This document shows, in pieces, positions 63,923 through 64,000 of a stretch of DNA of 64,000 nt. The notes below the pieces were generated by a model that was not told the DNA's origin, did not search any database, and saw nothing but the letters and a program-made list of their open reading frames with translations. The translations under genes and the position numbers were made by a program. The stretch is from positions 77,175-141,174 of IMG/VR virus record IMGVR_UViG_3300028601_000023. One strand, given 5' to 3'. Origin of the DNA: a virus (lineage: Duplodnaviria > Caudoviricetes). How positions within the stretch are numbered: the stretch's first letter is position 1; each line of letters starts with the position of its first letter.

Positions 63923-64000
63923 ATGCCTATAAGTTTAAAAGCTAATTCAGATGGTAGTGCAGAGATATTGAATGGTGTTATAAGCGCATTAAAAATCAAT
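63923..64000 (+). CDS. tail-related protein (3'-truncated)
   Basis: GAGGTG SD; MPISLKANSDGSAEI runs off the window. Confidence 0.55.
   Translation, partial: MPISLKANSDGSAEILNGVISALKIN

Noticed and set aside
118-63999. Numerous short antisense or nested ORFs in the track (e.g. 118-414, 2445-2774, 16122-16523, 28039-28506, 60910-61350)
   Set aside because: They are shadows of well-supported genes, with no SD or recognisable motifs.

Overview
A 64-kb segment of an AT-rich (roughly 35% GC by eye) T4-like myophage genome. The assignment rests on a gp30-like ligase, RNase H, the dsbA-33-59-32 cluster, gp2/gp4, baseplate genes gp25/6/7/8, PAAR, TATAAATA late promoters and TTGACA-N17-TATTCT early promoters. 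The host is probably an anaerobic Gram-negative bacterium (class III RNR plus NrdG, GH108 endolysin); this is inference. The window holds nucleotide-metabolism genes, capsid-targeted internal proteins, a hyperplastic region of small ORFs with 7 tRNAs, a lysis cassette, and baseplate/tail-fibre genes. Main highlights: (1) a non-coding element present twice (about 7316-7830 and 44097-44761). Both copies carry hairpins with a conserved AGGGAACCG loop on opposite strands plus GNA-loop mini-hairpins, and copy B lies directly upstream of a 613-aa family-A polymerase-like protein lacking the steric-gate Glu. This is a candidate hairpin-directed origin/priming system. (2) A dispersed cytosine hypermodification pathway: dCMP-type thymidylate-synthase homologue, dNMP kinase, two glycosyltransferases, NTP-transferase/kinase fusion, HAD phosphatase and an atypical C5-MTase, with clamp-binding-like tails on two of them. 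(3) A radical SAM enzyme followed by three MKIRxGFVSNSSSSSF proteins. (4) Early promoters whose spacer is the reverse complement of their own RBS. (5) A probable -1 frameshift joining gp26-like and gp51-like ORFs. All calls come from manual motif reading; no database searches were run.
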